Positions 13,489 to 26,799 of a stretch of 64,000 nt of DNA are shown piece after piece. Position numbers and translations under genes: made by a program. The notes beneath the pieces are model-generated. The model was given only the letters and a program-made list of their open reading frames with translations, did no database searches and was not told the DNA's origin. Each line of letters opens with the position of its first letter. Position 1 is the first letter of the stretch. The DNA is from Mytilus californianus (lineage: Eukaryota), in the NCBI RefSeq assembly GCF_021869535.1, contig NW_026262648.1, positions 1,364,001 through 1,428,000 on the forward strand, given 5' to 3'.

Positions 13489-14333
13489 AGACCAACTGAA
13501 CACATTTGATGGGTGGATACTGTTTCAAATTAAAGTGGTGATATTTTGGACCAAGATACAACTCATTGTAAAGAATTGTATCAAGTCTTGATTAAAAAGG
13601 TTCTGCAGTGATTTATAGGTTGTATAGTACTCTCTACAGTACTTTTAAAAAATCCTATTGGGATTTGAAAAAGCACTTTTATCTCCAAATTATATCACCA
13701 CATTTTTAATACATTCTATTATATATTAATTCAGATAGTACCATAGTATTTAAAGAAATCTAGCAACATGGTATCATGAATATGATTGTATCACAACTAT
13801 TCCACTTAATCTCAAACTTGGAGAAATCTCTTTGACAGAAATGATCTTATAATAAAAACAAATTGGGTCTACCAGGTCTTGACTCTAGATCAATCAAGTA
13901 AAAGATATTTTATTAATGTCTCATATATATATGAAACTTAGAATTGACATTAAATTACAAAGCTCAATTATTGATCTCAATATTAATTCATTTGATTCAT
14001 TTTGTAAACAATATGTTTCTGCTAAAATAGGAAAAGTTTTAAATGAAATAATGTAATGTTTTGAAAAGGTTAGACGTTCACTCTTTGATAAGTGGATCGA
14101 ACCTACTCAATAAAAATAAAATTATCTCCATATGAACCTTATATCACAAAGCTTAATTTAGCAACAGCTATTTTATGAGTGGTCATAAAGTTTTATTTAC
14201 TGTTGACTGTTATTACGTATACATAAATTACGTATTTCATATATACCAGTACATTAAACCAGTTGAATGATTATGTATTTTATTATCTGTGATATGTTAT
14301 TGTAGTTCCCTTGATTAATTAGATGTATAGGAC

Positions 14334-14570
14334 ATCTTAAAACAGAAAATCTAAATCTTAAAACACAAAATCTAAATCTTAAAACACAAAATCTAAATCT
14401 TAAAAAAAACAGAAAATCTAAACCTGAAAATACAAAACACAAAATCTAAATCTGAAAATACAAAATCTAAATTTTTAAACACAAAATCTAAATCTGAAAA
14501 CTGAAAATCTAAATCTGAAAACAGAAAATCTAAATCTTAAAACAGAAAATCTAAATCTTAAACAGAAAAT
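14334..14570 (+). repeat. ~21-bp minisatellite (ACAGAAAATCTAAATCTTAAA), ~11 copies
   Basis: Direct tandem copies are visible downstream of the ZNF704-like stop codon. Confidence 0.9.
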
Positions 14571-15603
14571 GTACTTTATAAATTCAGATTTGTTGTCTTT
14601 TGACTAATAATGTAATACCACCCATTTCTCTGCATTTGCCACAATGACTTGACAATTTTGATAAAAGGAATATGGGATAGATGTTCTCATGACAAAAAGT
14701 TACATTCAAAGAACACCACTTTGTAATTGTTATCCAAACTCTCAAATCTTCATTTTCACTACTCTCTTTTGTACAATCATGATCACATGTTATTGTTTCA
14801 TTTCAAAGTTTTATAACAGTAAGAATGATTGTTGATCATGTAACATAGATAATTCTGTAAACTGATTTATCGTAAAAAGACTAGCCTTCTTTTGCAGTCA
14901 GAATTCAAGTTCAAGAGAATGAGTGTTCCCTTTAAGTCTTACACTTTCCTTCCATATAGGTGATACAGTTGACAGTATTGTTCTTGATGTTCCAAAAAAA
15001 AAAAAGTTTTTGGTCTTATAACTCCCTTTCGGACCATGCAGAGTTATCTCCCATTTTCAGATCGTATCCACTATTTTAAATCTTATTCAATTTCATGAGG
15101 GAACGATTAAATCTCAGGTATTTTTGTTAAATTGAATTATTACAATAGTGAGCTTTAATATTTATTTTTATTTGATATGAAATAATGCTTGAATATTTGA
15201 AAAAATTGTAATGCATGTACAAATTGTTTTACACTCACTGTATGTTAAGTTACCTGTATTCTATTATTTAGATATTGCAGTGCTACTTAATAATAACCTG
15301 ATTATAAATGTATTTTAACCATCAATTACATTGAGCTTTTGACATATTTATTATGCAAAGATATTATTCCTTTACTTATTTCAAAAAATGTTAAATTTTG
15401 AAGGTTACCATTTTTGTAGACTTTCAACACATAATGAATATAAATTTTTCCTGTAGCCCATTACACTGCATTTATAAATACCACTGAAGTTTAATAGTCT
15501 CAAGATCAACAATACTATATTGTTTTTTTGGCTACTTGTTATCAAGGGCAGAAGGAATCAGTTTTGATTGCCTGTAATTGAATAAGATATGTTCCGCGTG
15601 ATA

Positions 15604-15819
15604 TTGATTGATGGATTAATTATTGGGGTTGAATGCCACTTTCAGCGCTCTTGGCTATATCATGGTGGCCTGATTTTATTGGTTGATAAAGCCAGATAAG
15701 CCAGAGTGGACTGCCAACCTTCACCAGGAAAACTGGCAATCCTAGTCAATTGTATTGACTGTTTACAGACTAGTGATCACTCTAGACAAAGTACTTAAAC
15801 TACTTGGCCACCGAGGCCC
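15604..15819 (-). mobile_element. Degenerate, internally deleted copy of the 611-873 SINE
   Basis: Shares GGAAAACTG.CAATCCTAGTCAATT, the GGCCACC.AGGCCC head and the TTGATTGAT tail. Further 3' fragments lie at ~39690-39785 and ~41570-41725 (+). Confidence 0.65.
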
Positions 15820-16380
15820 GACATAGAATTGAGTTTGATTGGATATCTGTTTGGACAATTACAGACAACAAACTCATTCACACTTATTTTGTATAAAAAT
15901 TGTAAAATTATTAACATGCTGACCTATATACAGATGATGGTCTTTCAATGGTATTTTTAAATACATTGTATTTTTAATTGTATAATTAAGTTATAAAGGT
16001 ACATGTAATACATTGACTCAACTCTTAAAAATACCAATTTCCTATGAATAAAAATTTACATTCATCAGATAAAAAAACCCTTTTTCCCTAATAACACAAT
16101 TTCATCTACATGTAGAGCTTTTCAGTTTGAAAACCTTCAATTGTGAGTCATAGCAATTTTATAAAACGACTTTTAACATGTTTAAAGTTTGATCTTATGA
16201 TCTTTTCATCACTTAAACATCGACATGCAATGTAGAAGAAAACTTAAGACTGAAAACTTTTTGTTCAAATTCAAATTGATCACTTTATCACTGATAATTT
16301 CCTTGAAATCTTTAATTGTATTGAAGACTTGTTGAAGTTAAGCTTCCTTATGTAAAAAAAGTTATGTTATTTATATATGA

Positions 16381-16635
16381 TTTTTATGGCCCTGCCATCA
16401 TTGGAGGGGCATAAAGTGTTACCCTTGCCTGTATGTCCCAAAATTGGTTTCCATTCTCTAACTTTAGTTTGCCTCAAAAAAATGTTATGAAACTTATAAA
16501 CAATGCTTATTACCACAAAATACAGATCAGGTTCAAATTTGGGTGGCGTCACTTTTACCATTCTCGAGTTATGTCCCTTTATAACGTTATATGCAGGGGG
16601 GGACACCATCTGTGTCCCATGGACAAATTCTCCAT
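16381..16635 (+). mobile_element. HINE/Helentron-like non-autonomous element with a single core unit
   Basis: T-rich start, a core nearly identical to the 161-bp unit at 19223-19830, and a 3' hairpin GGGACAC-catct-GTGTCCC. Confidence 0.6.
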
Positions 16636-16675
16636 TTATTTTCTGTGAAGTTCTAAAATGGTGAGGAAATTAAAT

Positions 16676-17878
16676 TTTTTTATACGACCCCAAAAATTAA
16701 AATTTTTTTTGTCGTATATTGGTATCACGTTGTCGTCGGTGTCGTCGTGTTCGTCAGCGTCGTCCGAAGACAGATGGTTTCCGGATAATAACTTTAGTAT
16801 AAGTAAATAGAAATCAATAAAATTTTAACACAAGGTTTATAACCACTCAAGGAAGGTTGGGATTGATTTTGGGGGTTATGGTCCCAACTGTTTAGGAATA
16901 AGGGGCCAAAAAAGGGGCCCAAAAAAGCATTTTTGTAGTTTCAAGACAATAACTTGTGTTTAAGTGTATGAATCTCTCTGAAATTATACCACAAGTTTCC
17001 ATACAACAAAGGGATGGTTAGGATTGATTATGGGGGGGGGGTTATGGCACAAACCATTTAGGAATTAGAGGCAAAAAAGGCGGAAAAACAAGATTTTTTC
17101 TGGTTAAAGGACAATTAAGTCAATTTAAAGCAGTCTAAGGGAGGTAATCCAATCCCAATTTAAAACAACAATGTTTGATTACCTGCCTTACACTGCTTGT
17201 AAATTATGTATTAAGAAATGACGATTGTCTTGAGGTGATTAGCTGTCAATTTATTTTTAAGAGTTAGTATTAATTAATATTAATTTTAGCCATGACTATG
17301 TATATCATTTTATATTTTAAGACTTGTATGATGTATTTAAAAGGGTAATTATGGTTGCAAATTTTATTAAAATTTGAATTGAGATTATGACTATATCTTG
17401 AGGGAATGATTTTTTTTGGAATAAGGGAAAGGGGAGGTGAAAAACAATTGGGGTTGGGGGGGGGGGGGAAATAAGAATTTTTTGGGGACTCTATTTTTTC
17501 TCATTTCAGATTTCAGAAATTTAAAAGAAAATTTCTTCAAATATTTTTTTTGGTTGTTAATATTCAACAGGATAGTGTATTGAACAAAAGCAAAAAATGG
17601 GGTCAATTTTATTTAGGGGGGGAGGTGGTCAATTTGCAACAGCATAGTGTATTGCACAAAAGCAAAAAATTGAATATAAATTCAAATCATATAACCAATT
17701 TTTAAGTTCTTTGACTACAGTTATTCTGTGGCAGAAACCTATTATGTGTCAAATATTTACTTACAATCCAAATTCAAACCTGTATCAAGCGTGAATATTG
17801 TGTCCATTTTGGCCCCAACTTTTCAGGGTTGGACATCTGCGGTCGTATCCAGCTGCGCTCAGCGAAGCAATTTATTAA
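16676..17878 (+). mobile_element. HINE/Helentron-like non-autonomous element
   Basis: Subterminal inverted repeat ATACGACC (16682) / GGTCGTAT (17841), a (GTC)n microsatellite near the left end, an imperfect 3' hairpin GCTGCGCTCAGCGAAGC, and T-rich flanks. Confidence 0.7.
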
Positions 17879-19123
17879 ATCTTGAACTTTATCATAAAAC
17901 CCTGAATAAACCATTGTGATACACTCTAGAATCTTATAATTGACTAATTTCTAAGTGTAAATATGTACATACTTAAGAGTTAATTTTCATTTCATATATT
18001 TTAGATTGCAAATGTCTTATCTTGTCATTTTAAAGGTCAATCTTGTCATTTAAAAACCAATTTTCACACTATTATCCTGTGTACACTGTAATTTAATGAT
18101 AAGTTTGTCTGTAAAATGTCAGTACATACTTACTATATTTATTTATTTATTTATTTTATCAACACTATGGATTATTAAATTGAACACTCCTTTAGGAATA
18201 ACTTATATTGTTAGAAAAAAGAAAAAAAATTGCATATCTTTGTTTAAGAGGTGTTTGAGTCATTGATTAATCTACAATAACTAATGATTTCAATTTTATA
18301 TTGGAAGTTTTCTTGTAGGAATTATTCCAACAAAAATAAAGGTATACAGATAGACTTATAATATAAATATAGGCAATGTCTGTTTTTATTAGACTGTTCA
18401 ATTAACCCTTGGTATCCTCTCTCTTTCTACTACTATGGGGGTGTTTAATGACCTTGACTACCCATGAGGGTCTCTCCTGATCAGTATGTAAAAAAAGACA
18501 TCTCTCTTTCTATAGTACAGCTTTATCATTTATTGTACAAAATATGACAAGTTCATGCTGAATTTGGGATTCCTTGCATGTCACCTATACACAGTGATTT
18601 TTATTTTGTTTGTTATCAATTTTTAGTGCTGTTTTGATATCCTTGTCTAAATGACGTTGTTGTGTATATTTTTATGACATGTCATAAAGTACTCTTATAT
18701 TGATTAGATTTAGAATTAATCTTGATGTCCATTGGAGTATTGTCCAGGGCAGTCTATGTATTAGGCAGTTTCTAAAACCATTTATTTATGCATAACCTGC
18801 ATCTGTGAAATTTGGTTCTTGGGGAATATGCCATTGAGAAAGATGGGGTTTCAGTTAAATTTTAAAAAAAATTTAACTTATAGTGAAAAGAAAACTTTCC
18901 AGAGATAGGCGTTCTGAACTTTGGGTAACCCATATCTGTTCTTAAACTGCAGTTTATTATTCATTTTGGTATGCTATAAGACCAGACAATATTAGAATTT
19001 TTGTGAATAAAGTATGTGATAGTAAATGCAGAGCATTACCAGAATGATCTCCCTTATACTGTTACCAATGCAGTCAGTATGTGTTTTTGTCCAGTGTTCA
19101 TCAATTCTCTTTAATAAAAGGTG

Positions 19124-19830
19124 TTTTTTATGCCCCCGCCGTAGCGGTGGGGGCATTAAGTTTTACCCTTGTCCGTCTGTACATACGTACGTACGTACGT
19201 ACGTCCGTACGTCCCAAAATTGGTTTCCGTTCTCTAACTTGAGTTTGCCTCAACCAAATGTTATGAAACTTATACACAATGCTTATTACCACAAAACACA
19301 GATCAAGTTTGAATTTTGGTGGCGTCACTTTAACTGTTCTAGAGTTATGCCCCTTTATAAATTGAAAAATTGCAAAATTTTTAGTTTCCGTTCTCTAACT
19401 TAAGTTTGCCTCAACCAAATGTTATGAAACTTATACACAAGGCTTATAACCACAAAACACAGATCAAGTTTGAATTTTGGTGGCGTCACTTTAACCGTTC
19501 TAGAGTTATGCCCTTTATAAATTGAAAAATTGCAAAATTTTTAGTTTCCGTCCTCTAACTTAAGTTTGCCTCAACCAAATATTATGAAACTTATATACAA
19601 TGCTTATTATCACAAAACACAGATTAAGTTTGAATTTTGGTGGCGTCACTTAAACCGTTTTAGAGTTATGCCCCTTTATAAATGGAAAAATTGCAAAATT
19701 TTTAGTTTCTGTTCTCTAACTTAAGTTTGCCTCAACCAAATGTTATGAAACTTATACACAATGCTTAATACCACAAAACACAGATCAAGTTTGAATCTCG
19801 GTGGGGTCACTTTAACCGTTCTAGAGTTAT
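19124..19830 (+). mobile_element. HINE-like element with ~3.8 tandem 161-bp core repeats, 3'-truncated
   Basis: 5' hairpin ATGCCCCC..GGGGGCAT and an (ACGT)n microsatellite. Unit starts GTTTCCGTTCTCTAACT at 19223, 19384, 19544 and 19705. Confidence 0.75.
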
Positions 19831-20343
19831 TTCAATTTATATTTCAAATATATTATACAGTACATGACCTTTAGTTGTTAACTTCTATGTCATTTGGTCT
19901 GTGGTGGAGAGTTGTCTCATTGGCAGTGATACCTCATCTTCTTATTTTTATGTAAGTGATGAGATTTAAAAAGAAAACCACAAGATTAGATCAATTTCTA
20001 CCTACATACAGATTAATGTTATTTATATTGCCGTGCAGTTAGTTTATTTTATTGAAGACCACAAATGAATGTATGAATGAAATTTTATGTATTTTGTTGT
20101 GTGCATTGTAGTAAGATTATTTAGTCTTTCATTTTTATTGAAACCGGTTTTATTTTAACTGTGTGTACATGTTTATATACATATAGGTTTCATATTTTAA
20201 ATGTGTTCATTGTAAATCTACCCATAATAGTCATCGTAATAGATTGTAGTTCATAAATAGTACCCCTCAAAAATCAAATTTCACTGGTGATAGGGAAACT
20301 TCCTTTATAGAGACTTTATTTTTGTAAATGTAAGGCCAGTAAT

Positions 20344-20795
20344 GGCCCGAGAACACAGTTATTTTGTAGTGCATTTCTTTTAGACAATAAATTCAAATTA
20401 AAAAAATCGCACCTGCTCTATCTCAAAAAGATTTTTACAGTGTAGTGTACTACTATTGATACAAATAATATCAAAATTATAGAAACTTCTACCAGCTCTA
20501 ACTCAAAATATTGACAATTCTGTGTTTAGGGGGGCTAAAATTCAGTTTGACAGCTTCCGACATTCTAATTTTTGACCTTTTTTAACTGGACCAAATCACT
20601 ACTTAACATAAAGATTCAGCACCCAAATTTTTTTAACATGTAATTTCATCCCCTTACTTAATATTTCATGCATAAAATATCAAGAAATAAATTGGAAAAG
20701 TGTATCAAAAAAAAATGCAAGTTATACACTGTTCACACTAGGGACTATATTCGTAGACAACGAAAACCAAAGGACGATAACTGTGTCCTTGGACC
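20344..20795 (+). repeat. Left LTDR (452 bp)
   Basis: Matches 22090-22541 and is bounded by its own short TIRs. Confidence 0.9.
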
Positions 20796-22089
20796 TAATA
20801 GGATAGAAAGACTTGACCAATTTTAATAAAACTTTGCATGACCTAAGCTTAGGCAATTTTAAGATAGTTGGCCAAGTTTCATGGCCATAGGATATATATT
20901 ATAGAAACTAGGGCCATTTTAATATTGAAATTTGGATGTTTATTTTTGACGTTTAAATCAAATATTTTCAACTGTCAAGATTTTGGCCTAAAATATTTAA
21001 ATATTGCAAAAATTTGCTTTTTAAATACTCTTGAATTTAATATAATAAGTATTAAAAGCAACGGAACACTCATTTGATTTATCAGATTTATTACAGTTAT
21101 TCAAAAGTCAAATTTATATGAGCCTGTGCCTGAAAATAGAGATTTTCGAATTAAGGGAAGTCTTACATAAACATGCATTTTTTTCAACCAATTTGAAGTT
21201 TTGAAGGTTTTTAACCATACATTATTCTTCCATATATATTAAATGTACTTTAAATGTAAAGAAAAGTTACAAAAACCATACCACATGAGTATAAAATGGT
21301 CTTAGGCTATGTAAGACTAAGAATTATTTAGAGTCGATTTAGGCCGTAGCCCATATTTACATATAAAAATGCACACAGAGGCTATAAGGAAGTGAAATTT
21401 GTTACTTTTTGCTCATTTCTATGCTAAGATGTCATGATACAAGAAGTCTAATTGCAAAAGGACTCTTGAATTCAACTTTTTTCTGCAGACAGTATGGTCT
21501 GATGACCAGTTTTTCACTTTTCAATGGAAAACTTGCATGTAGTTTTAGTCTCATTTGGCATATATTTGAACCACTTACTATCCTAAAGAAGAAAATTATA
21601 GTAGCATATGAAATGAATAGGGTGTACTGATCATTGTAAAGTGTTTTTTTTACAGATTTAGTGAAATATTTGTGACGGACTACAGATTTTATGTACAAAG
21701 CTCTTCACATTTCACATACATCAAACAGGCCGTTTAACCAGGGACATAAATACAAATATTCTGCACATTTTTTCTGTGATAATCTACTTTTCTCTAGATT
21801 CCGAGTTCACAAATGGTTAATTAAATTTGATTTAAGCATAGAAACACAAATATCAGGAACATAAAAAGCTGTCAGATAGAAAGTCAGCATGGCTCTTAGG
21901 CATAAAATGGAAACTGCTTTAAAATGCTTATTTTAGCCTTATAATGCCAAAATGGGACATTTTAACAGAATTTCTGTCAAACAAAGATGTAAATCCTTTA
22001 CTTTTATTGAGTTTGACAAATTGAAACCAGAAAACCATTCAGGAAAGTTGCCAAAGTACAGAATCTACATTTACGGAATTCATCTCTTA

Positions 22090-22541
22090 GGCCCGAGAAC
22101 ACAGTTATTTTGTAGTGCATTTCTTTTAGACAATAAATTCAAATTAAAAAAATCGCACCTGCTCTATCTCAAAAAGATTTTTACAGTGTAGTGTACTACT
22201 ATTGATACAAATAATATCAAAATTATAGAAACTTCTACCAGCTCTAACTCAAAATATTGACAATTCTGTGTTTAGGGGGGCTAAAATTCAGTTTGACAGC
22301 TTCCGACATTCTAATTTTTGACCTTTTTTAACTGGACCAAATCACTACTTAACATAAAGATTCAGCACCCAAATTTTTTTAACATGTAATTTCATCCCCT
22401 TACTTAATATTTCATGCATAAAATATCAAGAAATAAATTGGAAAAGTGTATCAAAAAAAAATGCAAGTTATACACTGTTCACACTAGGGACTATATTCGT
22501 AGACAACGAAAACCAAAGGACGATAACTGTGTCCTTGGACC
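22090..22541 (+). repeat. Right LTDR (452 bp)
   Basis: Matches 20344-20795 and is bounded by its own short TIRs. Confidence 0.9.
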
Positions 22542-24359
22542 TAATGAACAGTTGTTTACAAAATATCTCCAATATAGAACATTTTTAGTTGCTCTGGTAT
22601 TTTATCTAAAGTTCGTTTTCTATAAAGTTTTATTGGAATTGTTTTCAAATTATAATTTATGTAGTGAGTTTGCCAATACATATCCAGAGTGAAAAGCATG
22701 CTAAAATTCATATTTAAAAAAAAAAAGAGTTTAATTATGCATCAGATATCTTTAATACCACAGCCATCAAAGTGATAAATAAACATAAACCCTACAACAT
22801 ATACAAGGAGATATGATGGCGAAACAGATACCAATAACATAAAAACTCAAAGTTCTTACAATATACCCTTCCAACCGTGTATGCAATTTATCAAATAATA
22901 ATTAAGGCCTCAATCGTTTAATTTTCATTTCTTTGGAAATAACAGGGTGCAGTCAAGCAAAATCTTATTTTTGATATACTGGTATGTTCCTCCAAAAAAG
23001 CAAGGCACTAATAGCTTGACAAATCATCATGCAATCTTTCATGTGCATATGTCACTTACGATGATGAAAATTGACATTTGTATGATGATGAAAATTGACA
23101 TTATATGCTTCATGATAACATCATTTTGATTCTTTATTAATGAACTTTGAATGAAGTGATTTTAACTCTAGGTTTTAATATTAAGTCTACTTGAAGATAA
23201 GACTTTTTGAAGATAAGTCTTTTTGAAGATAAGTCTTCTTGAAGAGTTAACTCCCCTGATTGAATAGTGCATGGTTTCAACTTACATATTTTACTTGTTT
23301 ATAAAGTATATTTATATATCATTGTTATTCTTTTTTTTTTGAATTTTAAAATTATAGTTTGAACATGTTATTATTGTAAATATGTAAATAATAAAGATTC
23401 AAATAAATTGTGAAATACATAATGAAGTTCATTTGTGAGTTATTTTCATCAGAGACATACATGGGCTGATTTAAGATTTTCAATGCTAAAATAATGTCTA
23501 TTTGTATCATTTCTCTAGTAGAGGAGGGATTTATATCTTATTGTAATCATTATGTCAACTTTTGAGGCATATCCTTTGTTTTTCTATTATAGATATATTT
23601 AGTTCTTATAAGTAATTCCCGTTTGTTCTGAGTATGCATGAAATATTCACCACTGAACAAAAAAAGCATTCACAAATAATTTGTTTCCACAAAGTTGGTC
23701 AAAATGTCCCAAATTGATATTTCATTCAATCACAGTGAAATGAGAAAAAGATGAAAATAAAATTTCTGTGAAATGAATGAATAATATTTTAAAACTATTT
23801 GTAATTTAGATCATTGCAATATGTGTTCACTCTGGTCAACTATTTCTATACTTTACTCATTAATATACTTCTTTAAGGCGAAGTGTACGTAATTAACTAC
23901 TCCACAGAATTTTTTTTAATTTCACATGTGGATTCTGCTTGTAAAAATACATCAGACAATAAAATAAAAAAAAGGGGTAACTGTTTTCGTTTTTCAGATA
24001 CAAGCTGTTGAAATTAACAGCATGATACGCCAAAAATACAAAGGATATATAGGGAAAATCATAAAAATCGGCAGATATTTTTACTTTATCAAGATTTTCT
24101 AATTCGTTGGTCCACAGAATTTTTAAAAAAATCGATATGCGATTCAAAAATGAACGACGAACCCATTGGTGCAAAGAAAGTCCTTAGCAACCGTGCTAGT
24201 TTTCAAGCTATATCCTGTGGAAGTTTGATTTTTAGCGGAAAGAATAAAAAACATTCGGCGACGTTATTGATGTCTACTGTAACGTCATCACAATTTCTAC
24301 TAGATATAACTCTATAACGCTATTATACCGTACAGTGTCGAAACAAAATCGTGAGTGTG

Positions 24360-25270
24360 TATAAAATTGAGAATGGAAATGGGGAATATGTCAAAGAGAC
24401 AACAACCCGACTGAAGAGCAGACAACAACCCGACCAAAGAGCAGACAACAACCCGACCAAAGAGCAGACAATAGCCGAAGGCCACCAATGGGTCTTCAAT
24501 GTAGTGAAAAAATCCCGCACCCGGAGGTGGTCCTCAGCTGGCCCCTAAATAAAATTGTGTACTAGTTCAGTGAAAATGGACGTCACACTAAACTCCAAAA
24601 CATATAAATGAACTAAAATTAAAAAAATATACAAGACTAACAAAGGCCAGAGGCTCCTGACTTGCCGGACAGGCGCAAAAATGCGGCGGGGTTAAACATG
24701 TTTTGTGAGATCTCAACCCTCCCCCTATACCTCTAGCCAATGTAGAATAAAGAAACACATAGCAATACGCACAGTATAACTCAGTTTAAAAGAAGCCCGA
24801 GTCCGATGTCAGAATAGGTAACAAAAGAAACTAAACAAAAAGACAATGATACATAAATTAACAAAGGACTACTAGCAGTTATTGACATGCCAGCTCCAGA
24901 CCTCAATTAAACTGATTGAAAGATTATGTCTTCATCATATGAAAATCAAGTACAATCCCTCCCGTTAGGGGTTTAGTATCATACAATCATAAAATATATG
25001 AGAAGAACATAACCCGTATCATGCCAACAACTGGTTTTAGAATAATAGTGTTTATTTCCGATGCAAAGACCCTATGAGCGAATCAATATTAATACCAAAA
25101 TATGCAACCCTTAATTACCTGACAATAGTATCGTAACTATATCCTTTCCGAATAAGTCTGTTTAAAGTTTTGGTTAGCTTTTGAGGTGAATGCCGATATT
25201 TTTGTGCTTTGTAAAGAATATTACCAAAAAATATTGGATGTGAAATACCTGAACGTATATGATGTCTACA
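24360..25270 (+). repeat. Long copy of an abundant interspersed repeat (AAAATTGAGAATGGAAATGGGGAA family)
   Basis: Contains a triplicated AGACAACAACCCGACCAAAGAGC segment and is nested in the 23877-27955 element. Boundaries are approximate. Confidence 0.55.
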
Positions 25271-26305
25271 TGTTGATTTATATTTACGAATTATTTATAA
25301 CCCATTTTCCTAAGTATTGCAAATGCTGAAGCGTAATCAATTGATAAGGAAATAAACTGAGTATTTTTTAAGGATAATTCTGCTGCCAAAAAAAAAAGCA
25401 AATTGGCAAATAAATATACTGCAAGTGAAAGAAAGTTACTGTAAAGACTTTAACTCCATCTTTTCTTAATTAGACAGGGTTCCACATCTTTTTTGAAATG
25501 CTTGTATTTATAGCTGACTATGGGCTTTGATCATTGTTGAAGGCCGTACGGTGACCTATATAGTTGTTAATTTCTGTGTCATTTGGACTCTTGTGGAGAG
25601 TTGATTCATTGGCAATCATACCACATCTTCTTATTTTTATATTGTATTGTTCTAATAATTATGAATCAAATATCAAGTTTGAAATTGTCCCGGTTAACAC
25701 AGCGTTGACAGAATGATTCTATACGTATTTTAATAATCGGTTATAATATTGGGATCGCGAATACACGTCTTTTTTAAAATCTTATTTTTGCATGTTTGTA
25801 TTTTAAAAAAGTGTATATAATTTGCTGCATCTTTTCATCCTCACCATTTCCGGCGCTATTCGAGGTATTGCGCACAAAACCCAGTTTATTTGTCAGGTTC
25901 ACACACGTGCACGTGACACAACTCTGCAATTTTATTTTTAAAATTTCCTGTCTCGATCGCTTTCCCTCTTCTTTAACTACACGACAAAGCATAATATAAT
26001 GTTTGCTGGAGATTTTAAGTAAAAAAGGAAATAATTTCTTGTACCATTATTTGTTGAATATCCACATGCACGACTCCCAAAAAATAAGAAAACTGCATCT
26101 GCATATTATCTTGAGAATTTTTATGGCTGTAATAAGGTCAAAAGAAGAACCCGCATATGTATTTTAGCAAAGTAAAACAGATCGGAGTTTTTGATATAAC
26201 TTGTCCCTGTATATAATGCAAATGAATTGCAGTTTTGTTAATATAATATGAAAATAAGGAGATGTGGTATGATTGCAAATGAGACAACTATCTGCCACAG
26301 TTTAA

Positions 26306-26799
26306 GGTAGATCGGGTGTCTTTTTCTGAGCGTCCGTTCTGATCATGTTGCAAAAATACTTTTTTGTTTTAAAAATATTTTACCAAGTATCATTTAATAT
26401 ACAACAAAATACCTAAAACTTGAAATTTAAAGATTGAACTATCAAAAAATTAAGTGTCGTAAAGTATATTTAAAATTTTTGGGGATTTTTTCAAGAAAAT
26501 AAGGCCCGTGACCCCCTATTTTTATTTGATATTTCGGAGTTATTAATGAAAAGCAATTTTCTCATCGAATTTTAGCCAATTCTATCGTTTAATGTTTCCG
26601 CAATAAGGAAAACTTAAGTTTCCCCTGTATTAACAATATAAAATAACCCAAATTTCGTTAATTTCAATGTGTTATTACGAAAAAACAAGGTCCGTGATCC
26701 CCAGTTTTTATATTGAAATTTGAAATTACATTGACCCAGAAGTCTTTTACAGAAGTTTAAGAAAAATTTATCGTCCAACATTTAGACACCCCAGCTACC
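26306..26799. mobile_element. Kolobok-type short element (494 bp), TTAA TSD, 16-bp TIR
   Basis: GGTAGATCGGGTGTCT / AGACACCCCAGCTACC (2 mismatches), with TTAA at 26302-26305 and 26800-26803. It splits a GATGTGGTATGA-family repeat whose two halves lie at ~26250-26301 and ~26804-26900. Confidence 0.8.

Larger units (their letters stand above)
20344..22541. mobile_element. Non-autonomous composite (LTDR-INT-LTDR) Kolobok/KolobokP-like element, 2198 bp
   Basis: Direct repeats 20344-20795 and 22090-22541 (452 bp each, no differences seen by eye). Each has its own imperfect 19-bp TIR, GGCCCGAGAACACAGTTAT / ATAACTGTGTCCTTGGACC. TAAT lies at 20340-20343 and 22542-22545. The 1.29-kb interior has no credible intact ORF. 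Confidence 0.8.
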
